Virus record (IMG/VR): IMGVR_UViG_3300046171_000216 | Coordinates: 152 to 64,151 of that record | Strand: one strand, 5' to 3' | Source of the DNA: a virus | Lineage: Duplodnaviria > Caudoviricetes | DNA: 64,000 nucleotides | In this document: in pieces, positions 1 through 9,514 of the stretch | Numbering within the stretch: position 1 is the stretch's first letter | Layout: every line of letters starts with the position of its first letter | Program-made: the position numbers and the translations under genes | The notes under the pieces: generated by a model | Database searches by the model: none | What the model saw: only the letters and a program-made list of their open reading frames with translations | What the model was told of the DNA's origin: nothing

Positions 1-92
1 TTTAATTGTTCTACATCACCATCAGTGCATAGTTCATTCATTCGGTCTATTGACCAATCATAAGTTGTTCTAAGAGTCTTTGTTAAATTCAC
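1..92 (-). CDS. Partial hypothetical protein running off the window edge
   Basis: Open frame from GTG at 92 (VNLTKTLRTTYDWSIDRMNELCTDGDVEQL...) with no stop before position 1. Confidence 0.45.
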   Translation of the reverse strand, partial: MNLTKTLRTTYDWSIDRMNELCTDGDVEQL

Positions 93-525
93 CGTAGTCT
101 TTACGCATATAGCGTCCGAGTATGTTGCTATTATAGTACATTGGTGTCCCGTCGTCAAGTGACTCCATCAACACATTGTGTAAAAACAATTGTTTTGTCT
201 CTTCGTAGTTTACTTTTCCAAGGGTTGTGTGGAGGAAGAGGATTTCTCTTCTGAAAGAGTCTTTTCCAATTTCTCTAATATCTCGTTTAAGATCGTCAGA
301 GCTTCCATAATACTTTTTCCAGTCAGACTCTGATGTAACTCTTCGTTTTCCTCCTTTGGGTTTTCTTTTTTGAGTAAAATATTTTCTTCCGATGTATTGC
401 TTTCCGTTAGTAGTATTGGTGATGCGATAGACGAACCCATAGTAATCCCCGATATCATCAGAGGTAAAAGGATTACCTTCATACATCCAAGGGTTTTCAT
501 AATCGACTTCCAAAGTAGTAATCAT
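70..525 (-). CDS. GIY-YIG family nuclease (Seg-like)
   Basis: GFVYRITN...YIGRK motif, YYGSS, and the conserved helix Glu (NYEE) and Asn (YYNSNI). Confidence 0.8.
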   Translation of the reverse strand: MITTLEVDYENPWMYEGNPFTSDDIGDYYGFVYRITNTTNGKQYIGRKYFTQKRKPKGGKRRVTSESDWKKYYGSSDDLKRDIREIGKDSFRREILFLHTTLGKVNYEETKQLFLHNVLMESLDDGTPMYYNSNILGRYMRKDYGEFNKDS

Positions 526-553
526 ATATTAACACATTCATATCTATATATCC

Positions 554-560
554 ATAAATA
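554..560 (+). promoter_or_regulatory. T4-type late promoter (ATAAATA)
   Basis: ATAAATA 20 nt upstream of the ATG at 580. Confidence 0.55.
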
Positions 561-579
561 TCAATAAACGATTATATAA

Positions 580-942
580 ATGACTGTTTACAGAAAAAAC
601 ATAAGTATCAATGTTGGTGAGACATTTAGTGAAGATTTAACTTTATTAAGTGCTGATGGTTCTGGTGTTGTTGATCTAACAGGTTTTACTGCACAATCAA
701 AGTTAAGAAAAAGTCCTACAAACTACAGATTTGCAGATATCCAAGTTGGTATTACAAGTGCTGCTCAAGGACAAGTTAATATTTCAATTGCAAGTTCGAT
801 AACTAAATTTCTTCAAGGTGGTAGACATGTATATGATGTAGTTCTAACTCGACCTGGTGGATTTAAACTTGTGGCAGTTGAAGGTAATGCTCTTGTAAGA
901 TCAGGAATCAATACCTTTGTACATTATTTTGGTTCACCATAA
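580..942 (+). CDS. Putative virion beta-sandwich protein (baseplate/fibre N-terminal-like)
   Basis: DLTGFTAQSKLRKS...GQVNISI...GRHVYDVVL pattern; paralogue of 959..1339. Confidence 0.55.
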   Translation: MTVYRKNISINVGETFSEDLTLLSADGSGVVDLTGFTAQSKLRKSPTNYRFADIQVGITSAAQGQVNISIASSITKFLQGGRHVYDVVLTRPGGFKLVAVEGNALVRSGINTFVHYFGSP

Positions 943-945
943 ATA
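939..945 (+). promoter_or_regulatory. T4-type late promoter overlapping the stop codon
   Basis: ATAAATA 14 nt upstream of the ATG at 959. Confidence 0.5.
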
Positions 946-958
946 AAAGTAAAAATAT

Positions 959-1339
959 ATGGCAGTCTTTAGCACCAATTTAATAATCTATAAACATACT
1001 GACTTTGAGCAAACCTTTGTACTTGAAGATGGTCAATCTAATAGTGCCAAAGATTTAACAGGGTTTACTGGCACTTGCAAGATGCAGAGAACATTGAATC
1101 TTGGCAGTCTCACATCTTTTACTGTGACATTTACAAGTAGATTAAATGGTAAAGTTAGAATATCATTAACAAATACACAAACAGCAGAGATTGCAGATGG
1201 TAAATATTTTTATGAGTTAATGTTAACTGATCCAAATGGTGTTGTAGAAAGAGTAATTGAAGGAGTTGTAATCGTAAAACATCCTGTTACTTGGGATTCA
1301 CCTACACCTCTTACTCCCTTTGACGCTCAAGTTCCTTAA
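959..1339 (+). CDS. Putative virion beta-sandwich protein, paralogue of 580..942
   Basis: DLTGFTGTCKMQR...GKVRISL...GKYFYELML aligns with the preceding ORF. Confidence 0.55.
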   Translation: MAVFSTNLIIYKHTDFEQTFVLEDGQSNSAKDLTGFTGTCKMQRTLNLGSLTSFTVTFTSRLNGKVRISLTNTQTAEIADGKYFYELMLTDPNGVVERVIEGVVIVKHPVTWDSPTPLTPFDAQVP

Positions 1340-1545
1340 TCTTCAGGAAAATCATAAGGTCCATTCAACTTTTTTTCCATATCTCTTTCGTCTAGGACTT
1401 CATTAATAAGTTGTTTGAGTTCTATCTTAAGTGCATCAGATAGAAGATTCATTTTATTCACCACCATTGGTGGTATGGCATCTCTTTGACGCTGTATATC
1501 ATCAGGAGTAGAACTACTCCCAAAGGTCATCGCTTGCGTATCCAT
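1336..1545 (-). CDS. Hypothetical protein
   Basis: 69-aa ORF in operon orientation. Confidence 0.6.
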   Translation of the reverse strand: MDTQAMTFGSSSTPDDIQRQRDAIPPMVVNKMNLLSDALKIELKQLINEVLDERDMEKKLNGPYDFPED

Positions 1546-1547
1546 AA

Positions 1548-1682
1548 TTATTTTTTATTATATATTAACTCAAAATCCTCAGACACACCAACACCAGGTT
1601 GATAGTTCTGAGGATTAAGTTTTGCAAGTTTGACTGACTTTAGACCACCGATGATGTCAGCACGATTGATAATAGATTTCAT
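1548..1682 (-). CDS. Small hypothetical protein (44 aa, not in the ORF track)
   Basis: MKSIINRADIIGGLKSVKLAKLNPQNYQPGVGVSEDFELIYNKK* fills the gap between its neighbours. Confidence 0.6.
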   Translation of the reverse strand: MKSIINRADIIGGLKSVKLAKLNPQNYQPGVGVSEDFELIYNKK

Positions 1683-1684
1683 AA

Positions 1685-1897
1685 TTATCTAAAGTAACCA
1701 TCCTCTTTAGTGGTTCCACTTTTCTTTTCATACTCTGTGGCTTTTTTATCTTGATATTTTTTCCTTGCGTCACCTACAGGATCAAATTTCTTTAATTTAT
1801 CAATACCTTTTTTAGCAAGAACACCACCAAGAACAGCAGCACCAGTTTTTAATGCCATCTTTGCCAATCCTTCGTTAAATTGTTTAAACGTTTTCAT
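1685..1897 (-). CDS. Putative internal head protein with capsid-targeting N-terminus
   Basis: Starts MKTFKQFNE (cf. T4 internal-protein signal MKTYQEFIAE); basic. Confidence 0.6.
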   Translation of the reverse strand: MKTFKQFNEGLAKMALKTGAAVLGGVLAKKGIDKLKKFDPVGDARKKYQDKKATEYEKKSGTTKEDGYFR

Positions 1898-2994
1898 TAT
1901 TCAGATAAAGCAACTGTAACTTCTTTTACAATTTCACCAATTGTTTGCTGTTCCATTTCCATCATAACATAATTTGCTTCTTCAAGTGTTGAGACTTGCT
2001 CTGTTGAATACAAATACTCAAGAACCATATCATAAGCATCCCACTCTGTATGATCTCTTAGACCTTTTGCTTTCTGTGCTGTGATCGACTTTGGATACTT
2101 CTTGATGAAATCATCCTTAGCTCATTCCACCTTTTCTCATTGCCTTGAAGTCTTATTCTTTGCCTTTAACTTATCAACCTTTGCATCACCAAATCTTGCT
2201 CTATTTTTCTTTTCAATAGAATGCATTTTCTTTGGTTTTGCCTCTGTAGCTTTTGGTGGATCTGTTTTCTTCTTAAGATTATCGTTAAGAGTTGGATCTT
2301 TTAAGTCAACTCTTGCTTTCCTCTCACCTCTATTGTAAGCAGCCTGCTCTCTTCCCTTCTGTGTCATACCAGTGCCTTGACCAGACTTCATACCAGAATC
2401 TTTGATTCCTTGCTTAATTTTCTTATCTAATTCAGCTTTTGATTTTGCTTCTCTCTCTTTCTTACCTCTCTTTCTTAATGCATTAAGACCTCCAGCAATA
2501 CCACCTACAGCAAGTGCACCTGCACCAAGCATTGGTGCTGCCTTAAGAAGTTTTGGTGCTACCTTTTTAACTACACCACCAACTTTTGACATTGCACTCT
2601 TTGCAACCGATCCTGCACCTTTTACTGTATCTTTAACACCTTGAGGAATTGCTTTCTTAACTGCACTGAATCCCTTTTTAAGCATTCCACCAATTCCTTT
2701 AGATGCTTTTGCTCCTGCTTTAGCAGCTACTGGTGCCATTTTTTTAACAACTTCTTGTATCTGTTCTTCGTTTAAGTTCTCTTCAGATAAACAGTCTGTT
2801 ATTATCTCTTCTGTTAATGTTGCTAATTCTCCTTCCCATAACTCATCAAAATTCTCATCGATATATTTAATCTCTTCTGCAGTAAATTCTGCTTCGGCAA
2901 TCGCTGTATTGATCGCTCTTTGCTCTTCAGAAATATTCACAGATTCATGATAGAGTTGTGTTATTTCCTGATACTCTTTTAAGTCCTTAAACAT
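1897..2994 (-). CDS. Late protein (acidic N-terminus, basic core, YDxVLEYL C-terminal module) interrupted by compensating indels
   Basis: The same frame resumes after two TGAs near 2122-2139 (AKDDFIKKYPKS...WDAYDMVLEYLYSTEQVSTLEEANYVMMEM...LSE*) and ends in a TAATG overlap with the next gene. Confidence 0.65.
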
Positions 2995-3019
2995 TTGTCA
3001 AGTCAGTTGCTACAGTTAT

Positions 3020-3027
3020 TATTTATA
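3020..3027 (-). promoter_or_regulatory. T4 late promoter TATAAATA
   Basis: Exact consensus 25 nt upstream of the ATG at 2994. Confidence 0.7.
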
Positions 3028-3031
3028 CTGA

Positions 3032-4501
3032 TTACGTTTTCTTATAAGTTTTCTTGACAGGAGACTGAAATGCGGAGGTTCCATCCTTAAATTTTTTGTA
3101 AGCTACTTTATCAGCATTTTTCTTTCCAGTATCAAATCCTAATGGTTTATTATATACATCATACTCCTTTGGTTTTGCTTTTGGTGCCAATGCTTTCTTT
3201 ACAGATGGAGCAACTATTGCTGTAGCAGCTCCAAGTGCTAAAATTGATTTAGTCATAGGAGATGCTCCAACAATTCTCTTAAAGAATTGTTTTTTCAAAG
3301 TACCTGAACCTGGAATATTTTTAATTCCTGTAAAACTTCTTCTTGAAAAATTACCACTTTTAGTTTTAAACTGATCCCATTTTGGATTACCTTCTATATC
3401 TCCAGGTCTTGTTCTAAAGTCTTTCGTCTTTTGACCTATAGTTCTCATAAGATTTTTCACTTTAGAGAATAAATTTTTAGATTTAGGTTTTGGTGGAGTA
3501 GTTAAAACTTCTGGAGGTTTTATAGGTTCAACCCTTTGTTTAATCAAAGGATATTTTTCTCCCATCTTTTTAGTGATTGGGACTCTCTTAAATCCTTTTG
3601 GCACATTTAATTGTTTAGATATTTCTTTACTTCTTACCAATGTAGTCTTCGTTTTTACTGGTAGTCTACCACCTGATTCAGGACTTATGTATGTTGGATT
3701 CTTTGCATCAATCTTTGCTTTAACTTTTGCTAAAGATGGTAACTTTGATGATCTTGGTTTTGAAATCTTACCTGCATAATCACTCTTATTAATCGTATCT
3801 GCTATCTTTTTATATTCTTTACTCGCTGGATTTTTTACAAGTTCTTTTGCTTTTTTAATTGCTTTTGGATTGGTAGGATCTCCTTTCCCATACTTTTTCT
3901 TTGCAAAATCCTCTACACCTGATTGTGTTGCTCTACCTGTCTTGGTATCAATACGTGCTTTTCTCTTCGCTGCAAGTTCTCCTGACTTACTAAAATCTAT
4001 CTGACCTGGCGTTAATATACCACTTTTAGCAGTTGTGGATGGTTTAGTTTTCTTTACAAGTTGTCCTAATGGTCTTTTTTGTGCACCATCAGATGCTAAT
4101 TGTGTTTTAGTATATGCTGCTTTATATTCTTTTGGTTTTACATACTCAGGACGATTTGGATTCTTTTCATTATACTTCTTTGTAATTACTTTTGCATCAA
4201 CTGATTTTTTTACTGGAGATTCAAAGTCCCTTACGTTAACTGTAACAGGTTTTCTACCCTTACTTTTAGTTCCAGATGTAGCATCAGGAAACCTTGTACT
4301 ACTAGATAGTTTTTGATTTGTCTGTTTAGAAACAATATTCTTTGTTTTATTTAAATTCTTTTTTTCTTTTTTGCTAAGATTATCATATTCATCAAACTTT
4401 TCAGCATCAGCTGCTGACAAGGGACTTGGATCTTGAGACATATCAGATGGTTTCTCTTGCAGATTATATCTTTTATTATTTAATTTCTCAAACAGACTCA
4501 T
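3032..4501 (-). CDS. Lys-rich hypothetical protein, possible internal virion protein
   Basis: 489-aa very basic ORF with one hydrophobic segment (SILALGAATAIVAPSV). Confidence 0.7.
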   Translation of the reverse strand: MSLFEKLNNKRYNLQEKPSDMSQDPSPLSAADAEKFDEYDNLSKKEKKNLNKTKNIVSKQTNQKLSSSTRFPDATSGTKSKGRKPVTVNVRDFESPVKKSVDAKVITKKYNEKNPNRPEYVKPKEYKAAYTKTQLASDGAQKRPLGQLVKKTKPSTTAKSGILTPGQIDFSKSGELAAKRKARIDTKTGRATQSGVEDFAKKKYGKGDPTNPKAIKKAKELVKNPASKEYKKIADTINKSDYAGKISKPRSSKLPSLAKVKAKIDAKNPTYISPESGGRLPVKTKTTLVRSKEISKQLNVPKGFKRVPITKKMGEKYPLIKQRVEPIKPPEVLTTPPKPKSKNLFSKVKNLMRTIGQKTKDFRTRPGDIEGNPKWDQFKTKSGNFSRRSFTGIKNIPGSGTLKKQFFKRIVGASPMTKSILALGAATAIVAPSVKKALAPKAKPKEYDVYNKPLGFDTGKKNADKVAYKKFKDGTSAFQSPVKKTYKKT

Positions 4502-4889
4502 CTTCTTCAGACACTTTTTTAGTATTTATATCATAAGATTCGTATCCATCATAATCACCAAATAACCAAGCATCTGCCTTTGCTGCTTCACGATATGCTT
4601 CAATACTCATATCTTTGAGTCCTTTTACTTCTGATTCAGTTTCAACAACTTTAACTCTTGGTTGAGTATAACCATCCCAACTCTTATGAATCTCTTTCAC
4701 TTGTTCATCTACACTTGCCATTTCCATTTGTATCTTACCTTCTATCCATATCTTTTTCAACCAAGCAACAATACCTAATGCAAGATGTTGAATATATGGG
4801 TTTTTGAATTTCTTCTTAACCCATCTCTCTGCCTTTGCATACCAAGGATCTGTGCCCTTGCCAAATTGTTTTTGAAATTCTATTTTCAT
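4488..4889 (-). CDS. Hypothetical protein
   Basis: 133-aa ORF in operon orientation. Confidence 0.65.
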   Translation of the reverse strand: MKIEFQKQFGKGTDPWYAKAERWVKKKFKNPYIQHLALGIVAWLKKIWIEGKIQMEMASVDEQVKEIHKSWDGYTQPRVKVVETESEVKGLKDMSIEAYREAAKADAWLFGDYDGYESYDINTKKVSEEDESV

Positions 4890-4899
4890 TTGTAGTAAT

Positions 4900-5370
4900 T
4901 TATCCGAAATAATATGTTACTTCATCACTGGGAACATATCTATTTACCCTACAGGATATGCAGATACGAGGAACTGTACTTGACACTCCCATATGTTCAC
5001 GACCCTCTGCGATTAAAATTGAGTCACCAACTTTTAAAACAACAGGTTTGGTGTTCTCAATAACATATGATATCTGCCCTTCTATGCATATTATTAAAGT
5101 ATCACCTATATCTTCATGTGGACCAAAACCATCAGACGCTCCTAAAGAACAGAATAATTGAAAATTTTCAGGTTCATATTTCAGATATTTGTTTAAAATG
5201 TTTTTAATTTCTTCAGAAAATTCTTCAATATGAATATAATTTGTACTTAATGTACCACGTTCATACTTGTAAATTTCATATTCATCTGATTCATTATATG
5301 GATTTGGAAATGTAGAATTAGGTTCATTCCCATGAGTTTTTATAAGTTCAATTATTTCTTCCCAATACAT
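4900..5370 (-). CDS. Cupin/JmjC-like protein
   Basis: GFGPHED...LKVGDSILIAEGREH: HxD...H metal triad on a double-stranded beta-helix pattern. Confidence 0.65.
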   Translation of the reverse strand: MYWEEIIELIKTHGNEPNSTFPNPYNESDEYEIYKYERGTLSTNYIHIEEFSEEIKNILNKYLKYEPENFQLFCSLGASDGFGPHEDIGDTLIICIEGQISYVIENTKPVVLKVGDSILIAEGREHMGVSSTVPRICISCRVNRYVPSDEVTYYFG

Positions 5371-5375
5371 AATAT

Positions 5376-6038
5376 TTATTTACTAGAAGACCAATCAAAA
5401 TTCCATCTTGGAATAGATACTTTACCTCTTCTCTTCATTCTACCACTGCTTAATCGAATGTTGAATGATACTGAAATACGATCTTCATTTGATTTATTTT
5501 CTTTTACATGATGATTTAAATGTGCTGGAAAAATAAGTATTTTCCCTTCAGTAGGATCGAATTTATAAGAGTGAAATAAATTATTTTCATTCTTGAAATT
5601 ATCATTATATGAATTTATTTCATTATGTGATTGAAATCCTGTAGGAGAATCAAATACAATTACACCACAATCTTGGGGACATTTAATCCACAATACTCCC
5701 GCTAAATCCACACCAGGATGATTATGTTTGATATTATAATCACCTGGTTTATTAATATTAACCCAAGCATCAACTTTAATATTGAAAGATTCATCAATTA
5801 CAGGAAATCCTGCTAAACAATTTATGATGAAATAATGTAATACATCATCTTCATTATTTACACTAAAATCTGGTGATTGCCAACCACCATGATTTGAAAT
5901 CGATACACCTTCTGGTTCTCTCTTTTTCAAATCATATGCATAATCAATTAGTTTATCTTGAATTTCACTAAATCCATTCACATCAAATTGATGTATTATG
6001 GAGGGAAAAAGATTTACTGTTTTATAATTTAAATCCAC
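5376..6038 (-). CDS. 2OG-Fe(II) oxygenase (TIGR02466-like)
   Basis: WVNIN...HNHP...IFPAHLNHHV...RISVSFN. Confidence 0.85.
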   Translation of the reverse strand: MDLNYKTVNLFPSIIHQFDVNGFSEIQDKLIDYAYDLKKREPEGVSISNHGGWQSPDFSVNNEDDVLHYFIINCLAGFPVIDESFNIKVDAWVNINKPGDYNIKHNHPGVDLAGVLWIKCPQDCGVIVFDSPTGFQSHNEINSYNDNFKNENNLFHSYKFDPTEGKILIFPAHLNHHVKENKSNEDRISVSFNIRLSSGRMKRRGKVSIPRWNFDWSSSK

Positions 6039-7215
6039 TAAATGTATCTTTTTTCACATCCTGTTTAATACCACCGACAATATAGGACTCTACCTCTGTC
6101 TCCTGTGGTGCCACTTGTAATCCTTTTGAGGATATCCAATGCTCTGTCCAAGGCAATGGATTGTTTCTTGCTGCAATGTCATACACTGGTTTTAAACCAA
6201 TTGCTCTCATTCTACGATTTGCTATCCATTCAACATATTGATGAAGTAGTTTGTCATTAAGACCAATCATACTTCCATTTGTAAATAGATACTCTGCCCA
6301 TCGCTTCTCTTCGTTTACACAACGGTCAAACATACTATAAGTCCATTGCTCTTCCTCTTTGATGATTTCCTTCATCTGAGCATCATCACCCTTTCTCCAG
6401 TTGTTTATAATATTTTGAGTTATTGCCAAATGGAGGTTTTCATCTCTAGCAATAAGCGAAATGATTTTCGCAGATCCTTCCATGAGTTTAAGCTCACCAA
6501 AAGCAAAACTACAAGCGAAAGATACGTAAAAGCGGATACCTTCCAAAATGTTGACATTAGTAACTGCACGATAAAGTTTCCTCTTTAATTCTTTTGTTTC
6601 CCACTCTGCTGTAGGACTTCCTTTCCAACCTTCTTTCCAGAAATTACCTGTATCATACTGGTGTGCCTCGTTTATAAAGGTGTCGTATGACTCTGTAACA
6701 CTTGATGCACGGTCTAATATACGGTCATCAGATAAAATCTTATCAAAGACATCAGATGGGTCTGCATATACATTCTTGATGACATATGTGTATGAACGAG
6801 AGTGAATCATTTCCATGAATGACCATACTTCCATACAAGCTTCTAATTCAGGTAAAGAACAGTATGGTAGAAATGCCATACCTGGTGCACGACCCTGTAC
6901 AGAGTCAAGCATTATCTGATACTTAAGATTAGATGTATAGATGTGTTTCTGCTCTGGACGTAATGCCTGATAGTCACCACGGTCTTTCTGTAGTGATACT
7001 TCTTCTGGTCTCCAGAAATATCCTAATTGAGACTTTGTTAAATTCTCAAATGCAGGATACTTAAAGTTATCATATCTTTGAACTCCTAAAGGTTTGCCAA
7101 AAAACATAGGTTGTTTTTTTGTGTCGCATTCCTCTGTGTTAAAGACAGTCATGCCTTTAAGATTTGTCATTGGTTTTTTTCCGATAGGTGAAACTTTAAA
7201 TTGAACAGGATTCAC
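6022..7215 (-). CDS. nrdB: Ribonucleotide reductase class Ia beta subunit
   Basis: FWRPEEV, EMIHSRSY, LEGIRFYVSF, RDENLH and APQETEVESY motifs. Confidence 0.97.
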   Translation of the reverse strand: MNPVQFKVSPIGKKPMTNLKGMTVFNTEECDTKKQPMFFGKPLGVQRYDNFKYPAFENLTKSQLGYFWRPEEVSLQKDRGDYQALRPEQKHIYTSNLKYQIMLDSVQGRAPGMAFLPYCSLPELEACMEVWSFMEMIHSRSYTYVIKNVYADPSDVFDKILSDDRILDRASSVTESYDTFINEAHQYDTGNFWKEGWKGSPTAEWETKELKRKLYRAVTNVNILEGIRFYVSFACSFAFGELKLMEGSAKIISLIARDENLHLAITQNIINNWRKGDDAQMKEIIKEEEQWTYSMFDRCVNEEKRWAEYLFTNGSMIGLNDKLLHQYVEWIANRRMRAIGLKPVYDIAARNNPLPWTEHWISSKGLQVAPQETEVESYIVGGIKQDVKKDTFSGFKL

Positions 7216-9514
7216 ACTCTTCCTCCTTTGCGTTACTTAATTCGTTTAACAAGCAATCTAATTTGCTACTTTCACTCGATTCATTATTTAAGGTGTCACC
7301 AACTTCATCAGTTTTAATATCATAAGTGTTTTGGTAATAAGATGTTTTCCAACCATATTTGTATGTGGTTAGTAAATCATTTGCCATTACACTAACAGGA
7401 ACTTCTGAATTATCATAGTGTTGTGGATTGTACGACCAGTTTCCAGAAATCGCTTGGTCAAAGAACTTTTGCATAACAGCAACAATATTAATATACCCTG
7501 TATTATCAGGCATATCCCAGAGCAACGTATAATTATTCTTTAAGGTATTGTAAGAGGGAACAATCTGCTTGAGAGGTCCTTTCTTTGACTTCTTGATTGA
7601 GAGATATCCTCTTGGAGGTTCTATACCATTAGTTGCGTTGCTAACAACGGAAGATGATTCCGAAGGCATTTGTGCGGATAATGTGCTGTTTCTTACACCG
7701 TATTTCTTTACATCCTGACGAAGAGATTCCCAGTCAAAGTTTAACTTATTTGGAACTAATTCATCAACATCTGTTTTGTAAGTATCGATTGGAAGTACAC
7801 CGTGAGAATATTTAGTACGATCAGAATATTGACACGCACCTTTCTCTTTGGCTAGGTTCACAGTGGACTTTATCAGATAATATTGGAATGCTTCTGTCAA
7901 ATCATGTACCAATTTCCACGCTTCTGGGTCTCCATAGGATACCCCTTGCTTGGCAAGGTAATGTGCTAGACCAATGTAACCAATTCCAAGGGAGCGTCTT
8001 GCTTTAGTAGCGACTTCTGCTGCTCCGACTGGGTATTGTTGAAAATCAATGAGTTCATCAAGACTCCGAACACTAAGATCGCAAAGCATTTCAAAATCCG
8101 AAACATCCCTAATTTTGCCAATATTAATAGCAGAAAGGATGCAGAGAGCAATTTCCCCAGTTTCATCGTCAATATGTTGTATAGGTTTAGTTGGTAATGT
8201 AATTTCTTGACACAAGTTACTCATCTCAACTTTATCAGTAAATGATGAGTGAGAATTGCAATGGTCAATATTCATTAAATATAGTCTACCAGTTTCTGCT
8301 CTTTCTTTCAATAGGTCAAGTATAAGTTCTTGAGCATTTAAAGATTTCTTTGGTATTGTGTCATCATTTTCATACTTTAAGTATAGTTCATCAAAATCAT
8401 CTGTACCAAAACTATCATAAAGCCCTGGCACATCATGAGGAGAAAACAGGGTAATCTCTTTATTCTCAATGAACCTCTCATAAAATAATTTACTCAATTG
8501 AATACTATAATCTAATTTACGAACTCTGTTATCTTCTGTTCCCTTGTTATTCTTTAGAACAATTATATCTTCTATTTCTTGGTGCCAGATTGGAAAGTGG
8601 ACAGTTGCTGATCCACCTCTGATGCCATTTTGAGTGCAGCATCTGACAGTTGATTCAAACTTTTTGAGAAACGGGACGACACCTGTGTGTTGAACTTCTC
8701 CACCCCTGATTTTAGCGTTGATCCCCCTGATCCTACCAGCGTTGATACCAATGCCAGCCCTTTGTGCGACATACTTACCAATGGCCATGTCAGAACTAAA
8801 AATACTATCCAAGGTGTCGTCAATATCAACCAGAACGCAAGACGCATACTGCCGAAGGGGTGTACGGACTCCCGCCATGATTGGTGTTGGGATGTTGATT
8901 CTGTGTTTGGAAATGGCATCGTAATACTTTTTAACGTAATCTAATCGGATATCTGGTGAATACTTTGAAAATATAGAAGCAGATATCAAAAGATACATGA
9001 ACTGTGGAGACTCATAAAGCAATCCTTCACTTCTATCTTGTACCAAATATTTATCGACTACTTGGCGAAGTCCAGCATATGTGAAGAGATAATCTCTTTC
9101 GTGGTCTATGAATGTTTCGAGTTTAACAAATTCCTCTTCAGAATACAAATCAAGTAACTCTTTGTCATATACTCCTGCATCTACGCACTTCTTAACGTGA
9201 TCAATAAGTTTTGGGTGGTCGTGTATTCTACCAAAGATTTGTTTACGAACAGAATATAATAATAGTCTTGCTGCAACATATTGATAATTTGGATGATCTA
9301 AATCTATTAAATCACTTGCTGAACGGATTAATATTTCTTGTATCTCTCCAGTTGAAATACCATCATAGAACTGTATACCTGATTGTATCTCTACTTGACT
9401 TGCAGAGACCCCTGCAAGACCCTTACACGCTTCTTCTACCATTACGTGCATCTTTTCAAGGTTCAATGGTTCAATAGCACCATTTCTCTTTTTAACCTTT
9501 GTTCCGTTGGTCAT
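7196..9514 (-). CDS. nrdA: Ribonucleotide reductase class Ia alpha subunit
   Basis: ATP cone (VKKRNG), PTPIMAG, SNLCQEI, KTSYY and C-terminal CESC; likely start MTNG at 9514. Confidence 0.97.
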   Translation of the reverse strand: MTNGTKVKKRNGAIEPLNLEKMHVMVEEACKGLAGVSASQVEIQSGIQFYDGISTGEIQEILIRSASDLIDLDHPNYQYVAARLLLYSVRKQIFGRIHDHPKLIDHVKKCVDAGVYDKELLDLYSEEEFVKLETFIDHERDYLFTYAGLRQVVDKYLVQDRSEGLLYESPQFMYLLISASIFSKYSPDIRLDYVKKYYDAISKHRINIPTPIMAGVRTPLRQYASCVLVDIDDTLDSIFSSDMAIGKYVAQRAGIGINAGRIRGINAKIRGGEVQHTGVVPFLKKFESTVRCCTQNGIRGGSATVHFPIWHQEIEDIIVLKNNKGTEDNRVRKLDYSIQLSKLFYERFIENKEITLFSPHDVPGLYDSFGTDDFDELYLKYENDDTIPKKSLNAQELILDLLKERAETGRLYLMNIDHCNSHSSFTDKVEMSNLCQEITLPTKPIQHIDDETGEIALCILSAINIGKIRDVSDFEMLCDLSVRSLDELIDFQQYPVGAAEVATKARRSLGIGYIGLAHYLAKQGVSYGDPEAWKLVHDLTEAFQYYLIKSTVNLAKEKGACQYSDRTKYSHGVLPIDTYKTDVDELVPNKLNFDWESLRQDVKKYGVRNSTLSAQMPSESSSVVSNATNGIEPPRGYLSIKKSKKGPLKQIVPSYNTLKNNYTLLWDMPDNTGYINIVAVMQKFFDQAISGNWSYNPQHYDNSEVPVSVMANDLLTTYKYGWKTSYYQNTYDIKTDEVGDTLNNESSESSKLDCLLNELSNAKEEECESCSI

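Noticed and set aside
70-525. Active mobile homing endonuclease
   Set aside because: Only a catalytic GIY-YIG domain, with no evident DNA-binding extension and no intron context; mobility is unsupported
2118-2160. Possible TGA read-through or alternative genetic code
   Set aside because: A one-base deletion and a nearby insertion restore a sensible sequence (KDFKAMRKGGMSKDDF), and TGA acts as a normal stop elsewhere in the window
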